Origin: an uncultured bacterium
Lineage (GTDB): Bacteria; Acidobacteriota; HRBIN11; JAKEFK01
Length of the DNA stretch: 64,000 nt
Direction: 5' to 3'
Assembly (NCBI GenBank): GCA_963777505.1
Contig: CAVZQN010000004.1
Span: forward strand, 864,001-928,000
Part shown: in pieces, positions 16,728-28,577 of the stretch
How positions within the stretch are numbered: position 1 is the stretch's first letter
Layout of the letters: each line of letters starts with the position of its first letter
The notes under the pieces: model-generated
What the model was told of the DNA's origin: nothing
Databases searched by the model: none
What the model saw: only the letters and a program-made list of their open reading frames with translations
Position numbers and translations under genes: made by a program

Positions 16728-19403
16728 TTAATGCGAAAGTAAATAGATATCGGCTTGCATGGCTGGCTGCGCAAAAATAATTGTGGAAAGATCACGCGTA
16801 AAATCGTAACCATTCCCTTCAAAGGATAACGGAAAAGAGAAGGGCACCTTCAATGCGACCTCCGGAGATCCAATCAATTTTCCATTTTTCCAATTTGCAC
16901 GATAAAAAAGGATTTCATTATTATCACTTTCTACTGCATAAAGAAATGATTGATCATCCGGCGCGATCCGCACCATCATCGTAGGAACATCTCGAATTAA
17001 CAATATCGATTCTTTAGTCTCCAGAATTAACGAAGAAATTCCTGTCTTCTCACCTTCAGTTGCGCGGCCAATTAGATATTTACCGTCACTGGTTATATCG
17101 CCTACAACAAAGCCATTTTGAGTTACAAGTTCCATGTCTGAAGTTTCTGGTGAAACTTTCCAAATTGTACGGTCTGGATTTTGTCCTGTCCGAACGGACA
17201 TATAGATTGACTTACCATCTGACGACCAGATCATATTACTGATGTTGCCTTCCATCGGTTTTAATGCTTTGACTTTTCGGCCGTCCGCACTACCAACAAA
17301 TGGTTTATTTATATCCAGAAAAACAAAACGAGAGGAATCTCTTGTCCAGTCTCCGGTACCGATACCGGTTCCTTCACCGATTCGAATCCCCCTTGAACTT
17401 CCATCTGTGGGCGAGATCCAAAGCTGATCATTTGAATTACCAGAACCGAATTTTAAAAACATGATCATTTTGCCATCAGGGGAAATCACCGGCTGAGATG
17501 AAACTTCTTCGATGATTCTTTTGACTTCTCCTGTTTTCGAGTCATATCGAACCAATGCGCCGGATCCTCTGCCATTCACATAATAAATTCCACCGCCACG
17601 ATCGGGCATCGGCTCAAGATCAGGGCCTGGTCCGAAGGTAACCTGCGTGAACTTTTTCTTATCCAGATCAAACTTCCAAATGTTTTCGATTCCATTTTCT
17701 CGCTTACGTAAAAGAATGCTGTGATCTGGCTTATACCAAGCAAAATCTCCAGAAAAGTCGTTTATAACAGCTAAATCTTCAAAAATGCGATCATTTAGAT
17801 TCACTTTATAAATATGAGCTTCAGTCGCCGGATTCATTCGAGCGCGAACCAATAGTTGATTTGGATCAGTAAAAGGCAGGATTGTGGTTGGGACTATGTT
17901 TTCTTTAAACTCAAATACGCTCTGTTCATTAATGCCCGTCTTTTCGCTTCGATAGATTACGTTTCTACCTGCATTTTTGAAGTAATAAAGATATTTACCA
18001 TCGGAAGATGGTTCGACATTTAGGCCGGCCACAACAAACTCTGGTTTGCCGCCAAGGGTCGGTACTGCCCAGGTTTCCTCCCGGCCGAAATCCCTGCGGT
18101 AATAGATTTTCGTTCCATCTGCTGAAAAACTTGAAACAAGTTTACTCCCGACATCATTCGTGAGCTGAAGCGGTTCACCGCCTGTTGTAAGCATTACGAA
18201 CACCTGAAGTATGTTGTCTACTGGTGCACTGAATGCAATTGCATGTCCATCAGGAGAAATTCTGGATTCGATAATTTCCTTATTCCAATTGCTGATCTGA
18301 CGCACCTTTGTCGGAAGTTTTTCTTCCGGTTCCGGCCAAAATTTATATGCAGCAAAGCCTGCTGCTAAAAGAACAGCTAAAAGCCCTGCGAAGAGAAACT
18401 TCTTTTTGTTTGAAGCCGGTGGCGCGGTTCCTGTCGTTGACACTTCCGCTGGCCGAGCAATTGTTTGGGAACTTGCAACCGGCACAGAGACGGAAGCAGA
18501 ACGGCCTGAATCGATTTCCCGTTTCAACCGTTTCAAGTCAGCGCGCATTTCCGACGCAGTCTGGCATCGTACATCGCGATCTTTTTCCAGAGCTTTGCGG
18601 ATGATACGATCCAATTCAGGATGCGTTTCAGGATTTAATCTTGTTGGAGGGATCGGATCTTTATTCAGGATCGCTTCAAACACAACGGCTGAAGTTGGAC
18701 CGCTGAAAGCCTGTCGTCTTGTGATCATTTCGTATAGCACTGCCCCGAATGAAAACAGATCGGTGCGTGTGTCAATGTCTGCTCCGCGTGCCTGTTCGGG
18801 AGACATGTATGCAATTGTTCCGATTGTCATTCCTGGACTTGTCAGCGATTCAGGATTTTCTTGCGTTTGCATCGCAGATGCTTCGCCTTGCAGCGTACGG
18901 GATGGAAGTAATTTCGCGAGACCAAAATCAAGCACCTTTGCGTGACCACGTGAAGTCACAAAAAGATTTGCAGGTTTAATGTCACGATGAATTATGTTCT
19001 TGCTGTGAGCAGCATCCAGAGCATCTGAAATCTGAATGGCAAGTTCGACAATTCCTTCAGTCGAAAATTGTTTTGCTTCAATGCCATGCTTTAATGTCAT
19101 CCCTTCAAGCAATTCCATGACGATGTAATGGACGAATGGTCCGTCATTTGATCCGTTTTCACTGAGATGATCCGCGCCGATGTCGTAAATTGTGCAGATA
19201 TTGGGATGATTCAATGCAGATGCGGAACGTGCTTCGCGTTGAAGCCGTTCCAGGGCTTGTTTGTCATTGGCAAGTTCTTGCGGCAGAAATTTTAGCGCAA
19301 CTCCACGGCCAAGGCGCACATCCTCAGCGCGATAGACAACCCCCATTCCTCCGCCGCCTAGCCGCTCAATGATTCGGTAGTGCGAAATTGTCTTACCAAT
19401 CAT
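16728..19403 (-). CDS. Ser/Thr kinase - TM - TolB-like beta-propeller protein
   Basis: [38 protein letters not shown]; TM helix; SPDG/SSDG repeats. Confidence 0.9.
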   Translation of the reverse strand: MIGKTISHYRIIERLGGGGMGVVYRAEDVRLGRGVALKFLPQELANDKQALERLQREARSASALNHPNICTIYDIGADHLSENGSNDGPFVHYIVMELLEGMTLKHGIEAKQFSTEGIVELAIQISDALDAAHSKNIIHRDIKPANLFVTSRGHAKVLDFGLAKLLPSRTLQGEASAMQTQENPESLTSPGMTIGTIAYMSPEQARGADIDTRTDLFSFGAVLYEMITRRQAFSGPTSAVVFEAILNKDPIPPTRLNPETHPELDRIIRKALEKDRDVRCQTASEMRADLKRLKREIDSGRSASVSVPVASSQTIARPAEVSTTGTAPPASNKKKFLFAGLLAVLLAAGFAAYKFWPEPEEKLPTKVRQISNWNKEIIESRISPDGHAIAFSAPVDNILQVFVMLTTGGEPLQLTNDVGSKLVSSFSADGTKIYYRRDFGREETWAVPTLGGKPEFVVAGLNVEPSSDGKYLYYFKNAGRNVIYRSEKTGINEQSVFEFKENIVPTTILPFTDPNQLLVRARMNPATEAHIYKVNLNDRIFEDLAVINDFSGDFAWYKPDHSILLRKRENGIENIWKFDLDKKKFTQVTFGPGPDLEPMPDRGGGIYYVNGRGSGALVRYDSKTGEVKRIIEEVSSQPVISPDGKMIMFLKFGSGNSNDQLWISPTDGSSRGIRIGEGTGIGTGDWTRDSSRFVFLDINKPFVGSADGRKVKALKPMEGNISNMIWSSDGKSIYMSVRTGQNPDRTIWKVSPETSDMELVTQNGFVVGDITSDGKYLIGRATEGEKTGISSLILETKESILLIRDVPTMMVRIAPDDQSFLYAVESDNNEILFYRANWKNGKLIGSPEVALKVPFSFPLSFEGNGYDFTRDLSTIIFAQPAMQADIYLLSH

Positions 19404-19469
19404 CGGCAGAAAGTTTACTACACTTTCTCTATGACTCTGTGGTAAAAAAAGTACAAGGAGAAAACGACT

Positions 19470-21239
19470 ATGAATCGTAGAGAGTTTATGCGGAATTCAG
19501 CGATCGCAATGACAGCAGCGGGTATTTCGGCGGATGTATCTGCAACAGAAAATGCAGCGACTCCTGTTGCAATGGAATCATTGCCAAGAGTTGGACCAAA
19601 ACAGACCGTCAAAGGAAAAAAAGCGGTAGCCAGCAGTGACAATCCGATCGTTACCCAAACGATGCTTGATGTAATGCGAGACGGAGGCAATGCAGTCGAT
19701 GCTGCAGTTGCTGGATGTTTAGTGCAAGCCACAGTTGCGCCTCATATGACAAACCATACGGGAACCGTGATGTTCCTGTATTGGGAAGCAAAAACGGGGA
19801 AGTCGTATGCGCTTGATAGTTCCGGAACGCTGGTACCAGGAATGGCGCCATTCCGTCCAGTTCCGCCTGGATTGGGAGTCCTGGATTCCGGACCTGTTGC
19901 GCCGATGGGATGTATTCCTGGATTCATGCCTGGTCTGAATGAAATGCATAAACGTTTTTCTACGAAGTCATGGTCGTCCTTGTGTGAACCTTCAATTCGT
20001 TGGGCCGAAGAAGGCTTTCCAATCTCTTCATTCATGCATTCAGTATTAGCTGAGGAGATGCCACTTTATGCATATTTTCCAGAAGGACGTGAATTGTTTA
20101 CGCCGAATGGATTTCTTCCGCAAGTCGGCGATCGATTAAAAAATCCAAAACTCGCACAGACGTTGAAAAGGCTTTCTGCCGAAGGACCTGAATATTTTAC
20201 AAAAGGGGATTGGGCAAAACATTTTGTCGCTGAAGCAAATCGATTGGGCTGGAATATCAAATTGGAACACATGACAGAAATTCCGCCAAGATGGGATGAG
20301 CCATTGAAGTATGAATACAATGGTTACGAAATTCTGCAGTTTGGTCCGCCGCAACGTCAGGCACTTTTTACAGCGTACGTTCTCAATGTGCTGAATTTGT
20401 TGAACATCAAATCGTTGGGACATTATTCGAAATCTCCTGAGACGCTTTACTATTTCGCACATGCGATGCGACGCGCACAGTTTGAACTTGGAATGCTGCA
20501 TGATCCAAAACATTTCGATGTGCCAGTTGATGTCTGGATGTCAAAAGATTTTTATCGCATGGCAGCGGAAATTTTGAAACGAAGTAGGCCCAAAATTGAT
20601 TTGACCGAACATGTGAAAGTCACATCAGGAAATCCTGCATTAATCGCTGCTGGAATTCCTGCAGGTACGCCTGATAAACGCGCGGTCCATGTTGGAAGTT
20701 GTGAGCTGAGCATTGTGGATCAACAAGGAAACTGGGTGCAGATGATGAATACACTGCAATCCGGTGGCATTCCAGGCGCCGTTGTGGATGGTGTGATTAT
20801 GGTGGGGAGTCATGCACAAACATCGATGGATTCTCCGATTGCAGGATGGCTTACCGGTGGTTGTAGAATGCGCAGCGTTTATGGCAGCACGATTGTGCTG
20901 AAAAACGGACGCCCGATTTTATCGATGGGTACTCCAGGCAGTCCGCATTTTACGATGCCGATCGTTTTGTCCAATGTACTTGATTTCGGAATGGATCCGT
21001 ATGATGCGGCTGATGCTCCGCGTATGGCACCGATCAGAGACGATTACACGATTGAAGTTGAGAGTCGCGTGCCACAATCAGTATTCAGTGGATTGTTAAA
21101 ACTCGGAGTTCATGTGCGCGCACTTCAAATGTATGACTATCATATGGGTTCTTTCCAAATGTGCTGGCGCGATGAAACGACAGGGTTGCTGAATACGTGC
21201 GCCGATCCGCGCAGAGCAGGAAACGCGGACGGCTTTTAA
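19470..21239 (+). CDS. Tat-exported gamma-glutamyltransferase-family (Ntn hydrolase) protein with atypical nucleophile
   Basis: MNRREFM Tat signal; [10 protein letters not shown]; [12 protein letters not shown] at the autocleavage site; GTPG; ADPRR. Confidence 0.8.
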   Translation: MNRREFMRNSAIAMTAAGISADVSATENAATPVAMESLPRVGPKQTVKGKKAVASSDNPIVTQTMLDVMRDGGNAVDAAVAGCLVQATVAPHMTNHTGTVMFLYWEAKTGKSYALDSSGTLVPGMAPFRPVPPGLGVLDSGPVAPMGCIPGFMPGLNEMHKRFSTKSWSSLCEPSIRWAEEGFPISSFMHSVLAEEMPLYAYFPEGRELFTPNGFLPQVGDRLKNPKLAQTLKRLSAEGPEYFTKGDWAKHFVAEANRLGWNIKLEHMTEIPPRWDEPLKYEYNGYEILQFGPPQRQALFTAYVLNVLNLLNIKSLGHYSKSPETLYYFAHAMRRAQFELGMLHDPKHFDVPVDVWMSKDFYRMAAEILKRSRPKIDLTEHVKVTSGNPALIAAGIPAGTPDKRAVHVGSCELSIVDQQGNWVQMMNTLQSGGIPGAVVDGVIMVGSHAQTSMDSPIAGWLTGGCRMRSVYGSTIVLKNGRPILSMGTPGSPHFTMPIVLSNVLDFGMDPYDAADAPRMAPIRDDYTIEVESRVPQSVFSGLLKLGVHVRALQMYDYHMGSFQMCWRDETTGLLNTCADPRRAGNADGF

Positions 21240-21286
21240 GGGAGCGCGGACGTCTCGTCCGCATCAGGAATCGCATATTGCAATCG

Positions 21287-21353
21287 ATTGTAGATTGTAC
21301 GATTTAATATTGGAACTATAAAATTTGCAATTTGCAATCGTACAATCTGCAAT
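21287..21353. terminator. heptamer-based inverted repeat between convergent genes
   Basis: ATTGTAGATTGTACGATT ... AATCGTACAATCTGCAAT, with TTGCAAT heptamers. Confidence 0.45.
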
Positions 21354-21373
21354 AAATCTTTAGAAGTTTTCGA

Positions 21374-21398
21374 ATTTACCGCAGAGCTACGCAGAGAT
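21374..21398. repeat. 25-bp inverted repeat, left arm
   Basis: ATTTACCGCAGAGCTACGCAGAGAT; 24/25 match to the reverse complement of 22344-22368. Confidence 0.75.
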
Positions 21399-21424
21399 AA
21401 TCGACATTCGCATCACCATCATCT

Positions 21425-22243
21425 TCAAAGGTTGACTGTTACGCGTAAAAAAGTAGCAGCGATTGATGTGCCACCATCAGTACTCGTGTTGTGCGCTTTC
21501 GCCAGTTCCACAAGCTGATTGTGCAGTTCCTCAACTTTTCCATTCTTTTCGGCAGCTTCGTAAGCGTTCATTGTGGGGCCGTAGAATTGCCTGAACATTT
21601 CAATCACTTGTGTTGGGTTCTGATCAGGCGAGATGAATCGGAATGTGTCTTTGATGAATGATATCTTTTCTCTGGCTACTCCTGCCTTGGCAAAACGTTC
21701 GACGACATGATCCTCTACACCCCACGTCATGGGGCTGATGAAGCCTTCCGGCGGTGGAGGTGTGAACGACGAGCTGATTTTTAGCACCTGTGCCACGAAA
21801 GTTGGATCGTTCGGAATCCAGTTGCCCATCACGATGCGGCCGCCTGGTTTTGTAACCCGAACCATTTCCCTGGCTACATCGAAAGGTTTGGGTGCGAACA
21901 TGGCGCCAAAAATGGAAATTGTCAAATCAAACGAATGGTCTTCTACGCCTTGTAAGTTACACGCGTCTCCTACCATGAATTTCAAATTGTTGAGCTTCGC
22001 TTCCGCTGCCCGCCTGTTTCCGGCCTCAACGAGATTTTCGGCTATGTCGATACCGACAACTTCAGCTCCCAAACGGGCCATAGGAACTGCCGTCGTACCA
22101 TCTCCGCATCCGAGGTCCAACACCCGAAGAGGCGGCTTGACCCCGATTGAATTCACAAGGGTTTCTCCAGATTCACGCATCAGGGAAGCAATCCTGGTAA
22201 AATCGCCCTTCTCCCACAAAGCTTTGTTCGGATTCATATTCAC
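21425..22243 (-). CDS. class I SAM-dependent methyltransferase
   Basis: VLDLGCGDG, GIDI, GDA, FDLTISIFGAMF, VTKPGG. Confidence 0.9.
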   Translation of the reverse strand: MNMNPNKALWEKGDFTRIASLMRESGETLVNSIGVKPPLRVLDLGCGDGTTAVPMARLGAEVVGIDIAENLVEAGNRRAAEAKLNNLKFMVGDACNLQGVEDHSFDLTISIFGAMFAPKPFDVAREMVRVTKPGGRIVMGNWIPNDPTFVAQVLKISSSFTPPPPEGFISPMTWGVEDHVVERFAKAGVAREKISFIKDTFRFISPDQNPTQVIEMFRQFYGPTMNAYEAAEKNGKVEELHNQLVELAKAHNTSTDGGTSIAATFLRVTVNL

Positions 22244-22343
22244 TCCTCAGGGACATGTATGATTCGCGGCCATGAGAAGCTCCGCGCCGCAAATTATTGT
22301 TAAGCCTAACTATGACTGCGCTTTATACAATTTGCAATTTGCA

Positions 22344-22368
22344 ATCTCTGCGTATCTCTGCGGTAAAT
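22344..22368. repeat. 25-bp inverted repeat, right arm
   Basis: ATCTCTGCGTATCTCTGCGGTAAAT. Confidence 0.75.
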
Positions 22369-22379
22369 CGCTAGAATCT

Positions 22380-24800
22380 TTATTCGTTACGAAGTGCGAT
22401 CGCTGGATCTACTTTCAATGCTCGCTTTGCAGGAACAACCGATGCAAACAGTGAAACAACTAGCAAAGCAGCCGGTACGATAAAGAAGGTGAATGGGTCA
22501 AATGCTTTGACATTGAACAGCTCACTTGAGATCAGAGTTGCAAAGCCGAAAGAGATGGGTAATCCGATGATGAGTGCGATCGCAAATTGTTTTAGACCGC
22601 TGTTCAGGAACATATTCACTAATTCCTTATCAACAGCGCCAAGAGCACGCCGGACGCCAATTTCACGCTTGCGTTGATTCACCGTGTATGCAAGAACAGC
22701 ATATTGTCCAGTTGCCGCTAACAAAATCGCTGCGATTGCAAAAATCCCAAATAAAGTTGCAAGAAACGAAGTTCCAAATCTTCCGATCTGAATCCATTCA
22801 TCTAAGAGTCGAACCCAATATACAGGCAAATCGGGATCGATCTCTTGAACTGCTTTTCTTAAGCTTTCCGAATAACGCATTGGATTGTCCGTTGTTCGAA
22901 GCACAATACTAACGAAGCGTGGCACTTCTTGTTCGATTGGAAGATAAAGAGTTGGGCTTAGCTTTTCATCCACTTCATCCTGCTGGACGTTGCTGACTAC
23001 ACCGACAACTGTTAGCCACGGATTATTTTCATTGAGCTCACCAAGTCGCAGACGTTGTCCCACTGCATCCGCTCCCGGCCAGAATTGTTCAGCAAGCATT
23101 TTATTCACAATCACAACCTTCTGAGCATCCTTGTGATCCCTTGAATCGAAAAAACGTCCTTTGATCAAAGGCACTTTGAAAGTTGTGAAATAATTTGGAG
23201 CAATGCTTGCTTGATGAGCAACAGGAAGAAGATTGGATTCCGTGGTAGAGTTTTTCTCCGTTGTAACGTAGTTCGAAGGAACAAAAGTGCCGGGTAAGCT
23301 GGATGTAATCGTAGCGGATTGAATTCCCTGGATCGCACCAAGGCGTTCAATGAGTTTTTGATAGAAACGAAGTTGTGAATCTGAATCAGGATATTGAGCC
23401 TCAAAAAGTCCAATGCGTCCTGTTAATATGCCATCAATGTTTGCGCCTAGTTCAATATGACGTAACTTCAACACGCTGCGTGTCATCAATCCGGCTGAAA
23501 TTAAAAGTACACACGAAAGCGCGATTTGACCTGTGACCAGACTGCGACTCACTTTTCCAAGAGGCTTTGCTGAAGAATATCCTCCTTGATGCAACGATGT
23601 AACAAGATCCGTTCTGGATGCACGAAATGATGGAAGCAAGCCTGCCAGAAGAGCTGCAAACAAAGCGGCACCGATTCCGAACAGCAGCGTACGCCAATCT
23701 GTCCCCATTTCGATCCAGTAAGGCGGAGCCATATTAGGATTATTTTTTAATGTCGCTATTGTGTAATGTCCAGCCCATTCAGCCAACAAAGATCCAATAA
23801 GTCCACCGGCAAAACTGATCACAACACATTCTGTGAATATGTTTACGATGAGTCGCCATCGATCGGCTCCGAGTGCAGAACGGATTGCAAACTCGCGGGA
23901 ACGAGCGAGCGAACGTGCTAACGTGAGGTTCGCAACATTACCACACGCAATTAACAGAACTAAAAGGACTGCTCCAAACATTGCGAATAGGATCGATCGA
24001 GTTTCGTCATCTACATATTCCCGTTCATAAGGTTTCACAACAGGCACGAGCCCTTTGATTTCCGGATTCTCTTTCGCCTGACGTTCCGCTATGGTGCGGA
24101 ATTCGGAGCGAACGTGTGCAATCGTTGCTCCTTTTCGTAAACGTCCAAAGACTTCGAGGTTGGCGCTGTCACTGCGTTTCACATTGCTGATGTCCAGTGA
24201 TAACGGAATCCAAACATCTTCCCGTGCCGGAAATCTAAAATCGGGAGGCATGACACCAACAACAACTGTGTTTCGTGCGTTTACGCGAATGGTTTGACCG
24301 ATAATATTAGGATTTGCGTCATATCGATTTCGCCAAAGATGATAGCCAAGAATTACTACTGGGTTTGCGCCAGGTTGATCTTCGCCTGTAACGAATAACC
24401 GGCCGAGATGCGGTTTTATTTTGAGCACATCAAAAACATTCGTGGTGACGTAGGCTCCATCAAATCTTTCTGGTCTTGAATTGCCGCTTAAGTTAATCGT
24501 CCCTTGATAAAATGCGGCAAGGCTTTCCATATTTCGCTGCGAGACGCGCCACTCAAGGAAGTCATGAACAGGGACAGATAAGCTGTCCTCACCTTGCGAT
24601 GGATTGCTCCATTCCATATGAACGAGTTGATCCGATTCATGAAAAGGTAAAGGCCTCAGAATAAATGCATTGATTGCACCGAACATGAACATCGTTAATG
24701 CGAGTCCGGTTCCTAAAATCAGAATTGAGATGAGAGTGTTTCCAGGATGTCGAAGTAAGATACGAAAGCTCAGAGCGAGTTCCCTCAGAAATGGTCGCAT
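22380..24800 (-). CDS. ABC transporter permease, duplicated MacB/FtsX type (ADOP-like)
   Basis: LRPLPF, VVGVMPPDF, LLIACGNVANL, REFAIRSALGA, REIGVRRALGA, VDPAIALRNE. Confidence 0.9.
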   Translation of the reverse strand: MRPFLRELALSFRILLRHPGNTLISILILGTGLALTMFMFGAINAFILRPLPFHESDQLVHMEWSNPSQGEDSLSVPVHDFLEWRVSQRNMESLAAFYQGTINLSGNSRPERFDGAYVTTNVFDVLKIKPHLGRLFVTGEDQPGANPVVILGYHLWRNRYDANPNIIGQTIRVNARNTVVVGVMPPDFRFPAREDVWIPLSLDISNVKRSDSANLEVFGRLRKGATIAHVRSEFRTIAERQAKENPEIKGLVPVVKPYEREYVDDETRSILFAMFGAVLLVLLIACGNVANLTLARSLARSREFAIRSALGADRWRLIVNIFTECVVISFAGGLIGSLLAEWAGHYTIATLKNNPNMAPPYWIEMGTDWRTLLFGIGAALFAALLAGLLPSFRASRTDLVTSLHQGGYSSAKPLGKVSRSLVTGQIALSCVLLISAGLMTRSVLKLRHIELGANIDGILTGRIGLFEAQYPDSDSQLRFYQKLIERLGAIQGIQSATITSSLPGTFVPSNYVTTEKNSTTESNLLPVAHQASIAPNYFTTFKVPLIKGRFFDSRDHKDAQKVVIVNKMLAEQFWPGADAVGQRLRLGELNENNPWLTVVGVVSNVQQDEVDEKLSPTLYLPIEQEVPRFVSIVLRTTDNPMRYSESLRKAVQEIDPDLPVYWVRLLDEWIQIGRFGTSFLATLFGIFAIAAILLAATGQYAVLAYTVNQRKREIGVRRALGAVDKELVNMFLNSGLKQFAIALIIGLPISFGFATLISSELFNVKAFDPFTFFIVPAALLVVSLFASVVPAKRALKVDPAIALRNE

Positions 24801-24949
24801 TCACTACCCTCCTGCGCGCAACATGCGACGTGCAAGTGTAATGCCATCCATTCTTCCTCTAAAACGCAATTGAGTGTGTTCATATGTGGGATTTATTTAG
24901 TCAAAAGCGAACAGGAAGAATTTTTAATCGCAAAGTCGCTGAGAGATTT

Positions 24950-26668
24950 TTATTGAAGTGTTAGCCGGAAGGCGGCCATTTCTTGAGCGTTTCGAACGAG
25001 AAGGATATTGCCAACTAGCACAGGATGATTCCAAGTTTTCCCTTTGATAGCCTGGAACCGTGCGACTTCTGTGAACTGTTCAGGCACAGCCTTGACTAGT
25101 GCAAGCTCGCCTCGTTCTGACAAGATCAATAGCAAGTCTTGATCCGCGATCAGCACAAGTTGTCCATTTCCAAATTTTCCACCCTTCCACTTTTTGGCAC
25201 CCTCTTTAAGATCGATGCAAGCCACATAGCGTCCGTCAAATCCGTAAGCATGACCTTTGTGAACAACAAAGTCGGTGAAGTATGGTTTTAGACCGATCGA
25301 TGTCCAACGCTCTTTGGCAGTCCATCCTGAAGTATTCTTTGTTACTGCGAGGCGTCGTGTTCCGCCTCGATCACTAACACTGATTAATACATCCCCGTCT
25401 GCAGTTAAAGCAGGCTGCACAATTGGGTAACCTTTCCAATCGTGTTTCCAGAGCAGTTTTCCATCAGTGGGTGAAACGCTACTTAAACCTGCGCCGCTCA
25501 ATACAAGAATTTGCGGCACTTCGTTAATGGTCATTAAGTGGGGTGAACTGTAGCTCTCAGCACCCACTGGACCTGTCCATCGTGGATTGCCATTAGATAC
25601 ATCGTAGGCTACTAAAACGCCGGAAATGGCAACGACAACGATATCATTGACTACTAGAGGTGAGCTCGAAAATCCCCAAATTGGCACTTTCGTTTTTGTT
25701 TCAGTCGCTGGATTCCTAGACCAGATAACTGAACCATCAACTGCATTCAGCGCATTCAGGATTCCAGTTCCACCAATTGTATAGATACGACCATTACTAA
25801 TTGTTGGAGTTCCACGCGGACCTGCACCACCATTGGATTCCCAGAACCGTGCTTTATCTGTGTGCTTCCACACCGGCTCACCAGTTGTCAATTTATAACA
25901 AGCAACGACTTCCTCATCTCCACGTTGTTCCTGCGTATAAAAAAAGTTGTCGCGTGCTGCGAATGATGACCAGCCAGGTCCGATGGGCCGCCGCCATAAT
26001 TCAGCAGGTGGCGATGCAGACCAATTGGTTTGAATACTTACACCATGAATAATGCTGTCGCGATTCGGTCCGCGGAAACCAGGCCAATCTGCATTCGTTA
26101 TATTTCCCGGCTGCGCTGTTGAGCCTGCTGTAGCTTTGTCAGTTAATTTATCTGTTAGTTGATCTTCAGGAGTTGCCGACCAACGCCACGCGAGATCGTT
26201 ATCGAAATCACTTGTTATGCCACCGGTTCTAAGCAGGATCCAAATTCCTGCCGCAAGAAAAATTGTTGCAACCATTGTGATGCGGCGAGCGCCAAGAGAA
26301 AGGTGACGGGTTGCGACTGCCCATCCTACAAATGCGACAGCAACGATCGGGACTGACAGGATGTAAAACAACATCCCCATTCCACCCTTGGCAATCGACA
26401 CATGAATCAGGCGTGATGTAATGAAAATCGCAACTGCCATCAAAACAATTGCGGTCAAACGATCGAACCAAGGTGCGCGGCTGAAAAACAACCACCACAA
26501 AATAATCAGCAACGCGCCAATCAACCCTCCAAATACACCAATCAATAAAGCATCCGGAATAAAAACAGGAACGACATACTTGAGCAGCAACATTAGTACA
26601 GCAATGACCACGCCGGGCCACACTCGGAGGGATTTCGGATTCGATTCGCCTATCTGGGTCATAGACAT
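24950..26668 (-). CDS. membrane-anchored PQQ-binding-like (BamB-type) beta-propeller protein
   Basis: N-terminal TM helices; DWPGFRGPNRD, GWSS, SSPLV, KTWNHPVL. Confidence 0.85.
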   Translation of the reverse strand: MSMTQIGESNPKSLRVWPGVVIAVLMLLLKYVVPVFIPDALLIGVFGGLIGALLIILWWLFFSRAPWFDRLTAIVLMAVAIFITSRLIHVSIAKGGMGMLFYILSVPIVAVAFVGWAVATRHLSLGARRITMVATIFLAAGIWILLRTGGITSDFDNDLAWRWSATPEDQLTDKLTDKATAGSTAQPGNITNADWPGFRGPNRDSIIHGVSIQTNWSASPPAELWRRPIGPGWSSFAARDNFFYTQEQRGDEEVVACYKLTTGEPVWKHTDKARFWESNGGAGPRGTPTISNGRIYTIGGTGILNALNAVDGSVIWSRNPATETKTKVPIWGFSSSPLVVNDIVVVAISGVLVAYDVSNGNPRWTGPVGAESYSSPHLMTINEVPQILVLSGAGLSSVSPTDGKLLWKHDWKGYPIVQPALTADGDVLISVSDRGGTRRLAVTKNTSGWTAKERWTSIGLKPYFTDFVVHKGHAYGFDGRYVACIDLKEGAKKWKGGKFGNGQLVLIADQDLLLILSERGELALVKAVPEQFTEVARFQAIKGKTWNHPVLVGNILLVRNAQEMAAFRLTLQ

Positions 26669-26747
26669 ACTAAATCAAACGATTTTCAAAACTGGTTTGT
26701 TCCTGAGAACGTCTGCTTTGTTTATCGTACCATTAAACATTCTTATA

Positions 26748-27146
26748 CTACTCTATCTCAAGGCGCTGTTTCATATCAGCGTATGCAGATTCGATGAGTC
26801 TGACGAGGGCCGTCGCATTGATGTTGCTATCGGGCCTGAGCTTTACATGGCGCATGTACTTGCCGGTACCTTCCAGCAGTCCTGTTGGATCCTCAAGTTC
26901 GGCGCCGCGGAAAAATCCTACATTGACATGGTCTTTGAACGCATTGACATAAGCGAAGGCGGCATCAGCGATGCATGCGGTCGGGTGACCATCATGCAGC
27001 AATTCGCGTACATCATCTCCACACTGGCGGATGATGTCGAACCAATGCAGCGCGATATCACCCAATTCACCTGAGTGTTCGTTCATCCAGGCAGTGATTG
27101 CAGGATCTCGCTTGACCGAACCGAAGAATCGCAAGACTTGACTCAT
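26748..27146 (-). CDS. DUF1801 (YdhG-like) protein
   Basis: HVNVGFFRGAELEDPTGLLEGTGKYMRHVKL. Confidence 0.8.
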   Translation of the reverse strand: MSQVLRFFGSVKRDPAITAWMNEHSGELGDIALHWFDIIRQCGDDVRELLHDGHPTACIADAAFAYVNAFKDHVNVGFFRGAELEDPTGLLEGTGKYMRHVKLRPDSNINATALVRLIESAYADMKQRLEIE

Positions 27147-27206
27147 AAAGTTGCGTGGCTCATGATTTTTGCGTCTTTGCGGTTCAAGGAGCTGAGCCGT
27201 ACAAAT

Positions 27207-27620
27207 TTATTGCTGGTTAGCGATAAAGGTGCCCTCGTTGATTACGCCGGGAAATCCTGAAAAGCTCCATTCGCCACGGATCGTTTCTCCTTCAAAAGTG
27301 CCACCCAGGAAAACATTATTATCCGCGACTCCAGGATTCAAATTAATCCCGATGGTCTGGCCATCAAATGAGCCTTCCAGTGTGCCTGTTCCAATTTGCG
27401 GACCTACTTCAACATCCGATGAACCAATTCTATCAAGCTCCCAGCGTCCGCTAACGCGAGTGGTGCTGACTTCATCAAGATAGATAAACCCTTCAACAAC
27501 CCGTATTCCTGAATGAAATGCGGTATAGCGATATCTTCCAGTTTGGGATGGATCGTCGTCACTACAACTCACAATAAAAACTGCTGCCAACAAAACAATT
27601 AAAAGTCGCAAATATTTCAT
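27207..27620 (-). CDS. hypothetical lipoprotein
   Basis: MKYLRLLIVLLAAVFIVSC lipobox; beta-rich mature part. Confidence 0.65.
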   Translation of the reverse strand: MKYLRLLIVLLAAVFIVSCSDDDPSQTGRYRYTAFHSGIRVVEGFIYLDEVSTTRVSGRWELDRIGSSDVEVGPQIGTGTLEGSFDGQTIGINLNPGVADNNVFLGGTFEGETIRGEWSFSGFPGVINEGTFIANQQ

Positions 27621-27771
27621 TGATAACCCTCGATTCATATCTATGCAATAACTATACCCGAACTATGTTCGAGCAGTCCTGCTACCGACTCTCAAAAAAC
27701 TGTATAGCTCGTAACAGTAATCTGATTCTTCATTCATCTTTCCTCTTTCATATTTCATCGTTTAGAATAGA

Positions 27772-28577
27772 GTGCTTATGCCTGATCTTGAAGCTGCATT
27801 AACTCGCCGGCGGTTTGCTGAAACTTTACGGAAAGATTTATGGTGGTTGCAGTCGCTTCTTACTTTTATTGGCCTTGGCTCTTTTGTTTTTTACGCAACA
27901 TGGGCAGCGATGCAGGGCAATCATTTTGAATGGGGACCTTACCTTTCTCCGTTTTATTCACCGCTTCTCTTTGGAGATTCCGCTCACAGCTGGTTTGGAG
28001 CCCGTCCGGGCTGGATGCCGTTATGGGTTACAGCAGCGATGCTGATTCTTTGGGCACCGGGTGGATTTCGCGTTACTTGTTATTACTATCGCGGCGCATA
28101 TTACAAATCATTTTGGGCAGATCCACCAGCGTTGCGCCGTCGGTGAGCCTCGCAAACATTATCTCGGTGAAAAGTCGTTTCCATTGATCATGCAAAATAT
28201 CCATCGTTTCTTCCTATATATAGCGCTCATTTTTATTTTGGTTCTGGCTTACGACGTCTGGCGTGCCATGTGGTTTGTCAATCCTGAGACCGGCAAAACT
28301 GAATTCGGCATTGGATTAGGAACGCTAGTGCTGCTATCTAACGTAATTCTTTTAGGCGGTTACACGTTGGGTTGTCATTCATTGCGGCATTTAATTGGCG
28401 GCAAGCATCGATGAAATCTCAAAAAAGCCGGCCTGCTACTTTGCATATCAAAACGTCAGCAAACTCAATCGCAGACATATGCTTTGGGCCTGGATGAGTT
28501 TGATCATGGTTATGTTTTCGGATGTCTATGTGCGGATGTTATCGATGGGAATTTGGAAAGACTGGAGAATTCTTTAA
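27772..28577 (+). CDS. succinate dehydrogenase membrane anchor, Sdh1/Rv0249c-like (two frameshifts, near 28131 and 28405)
   Basis: YLSPFYSP, FRVTCYYYRGAYY, PPxCAVGE, QNIHRFF, GCHSLRH, HMLWAW spread over three frames; TAATG overlap with sdhA. Confidence 0.75.

Noticed and set aside
26421-27074. 217 aa plus-strand ORF and similar long antisense ORFs (18406..18945, 21729..22262, 10016..10393)
   Set aside because: Shadow frames opposite well-supported genes, with no recognisable motifs
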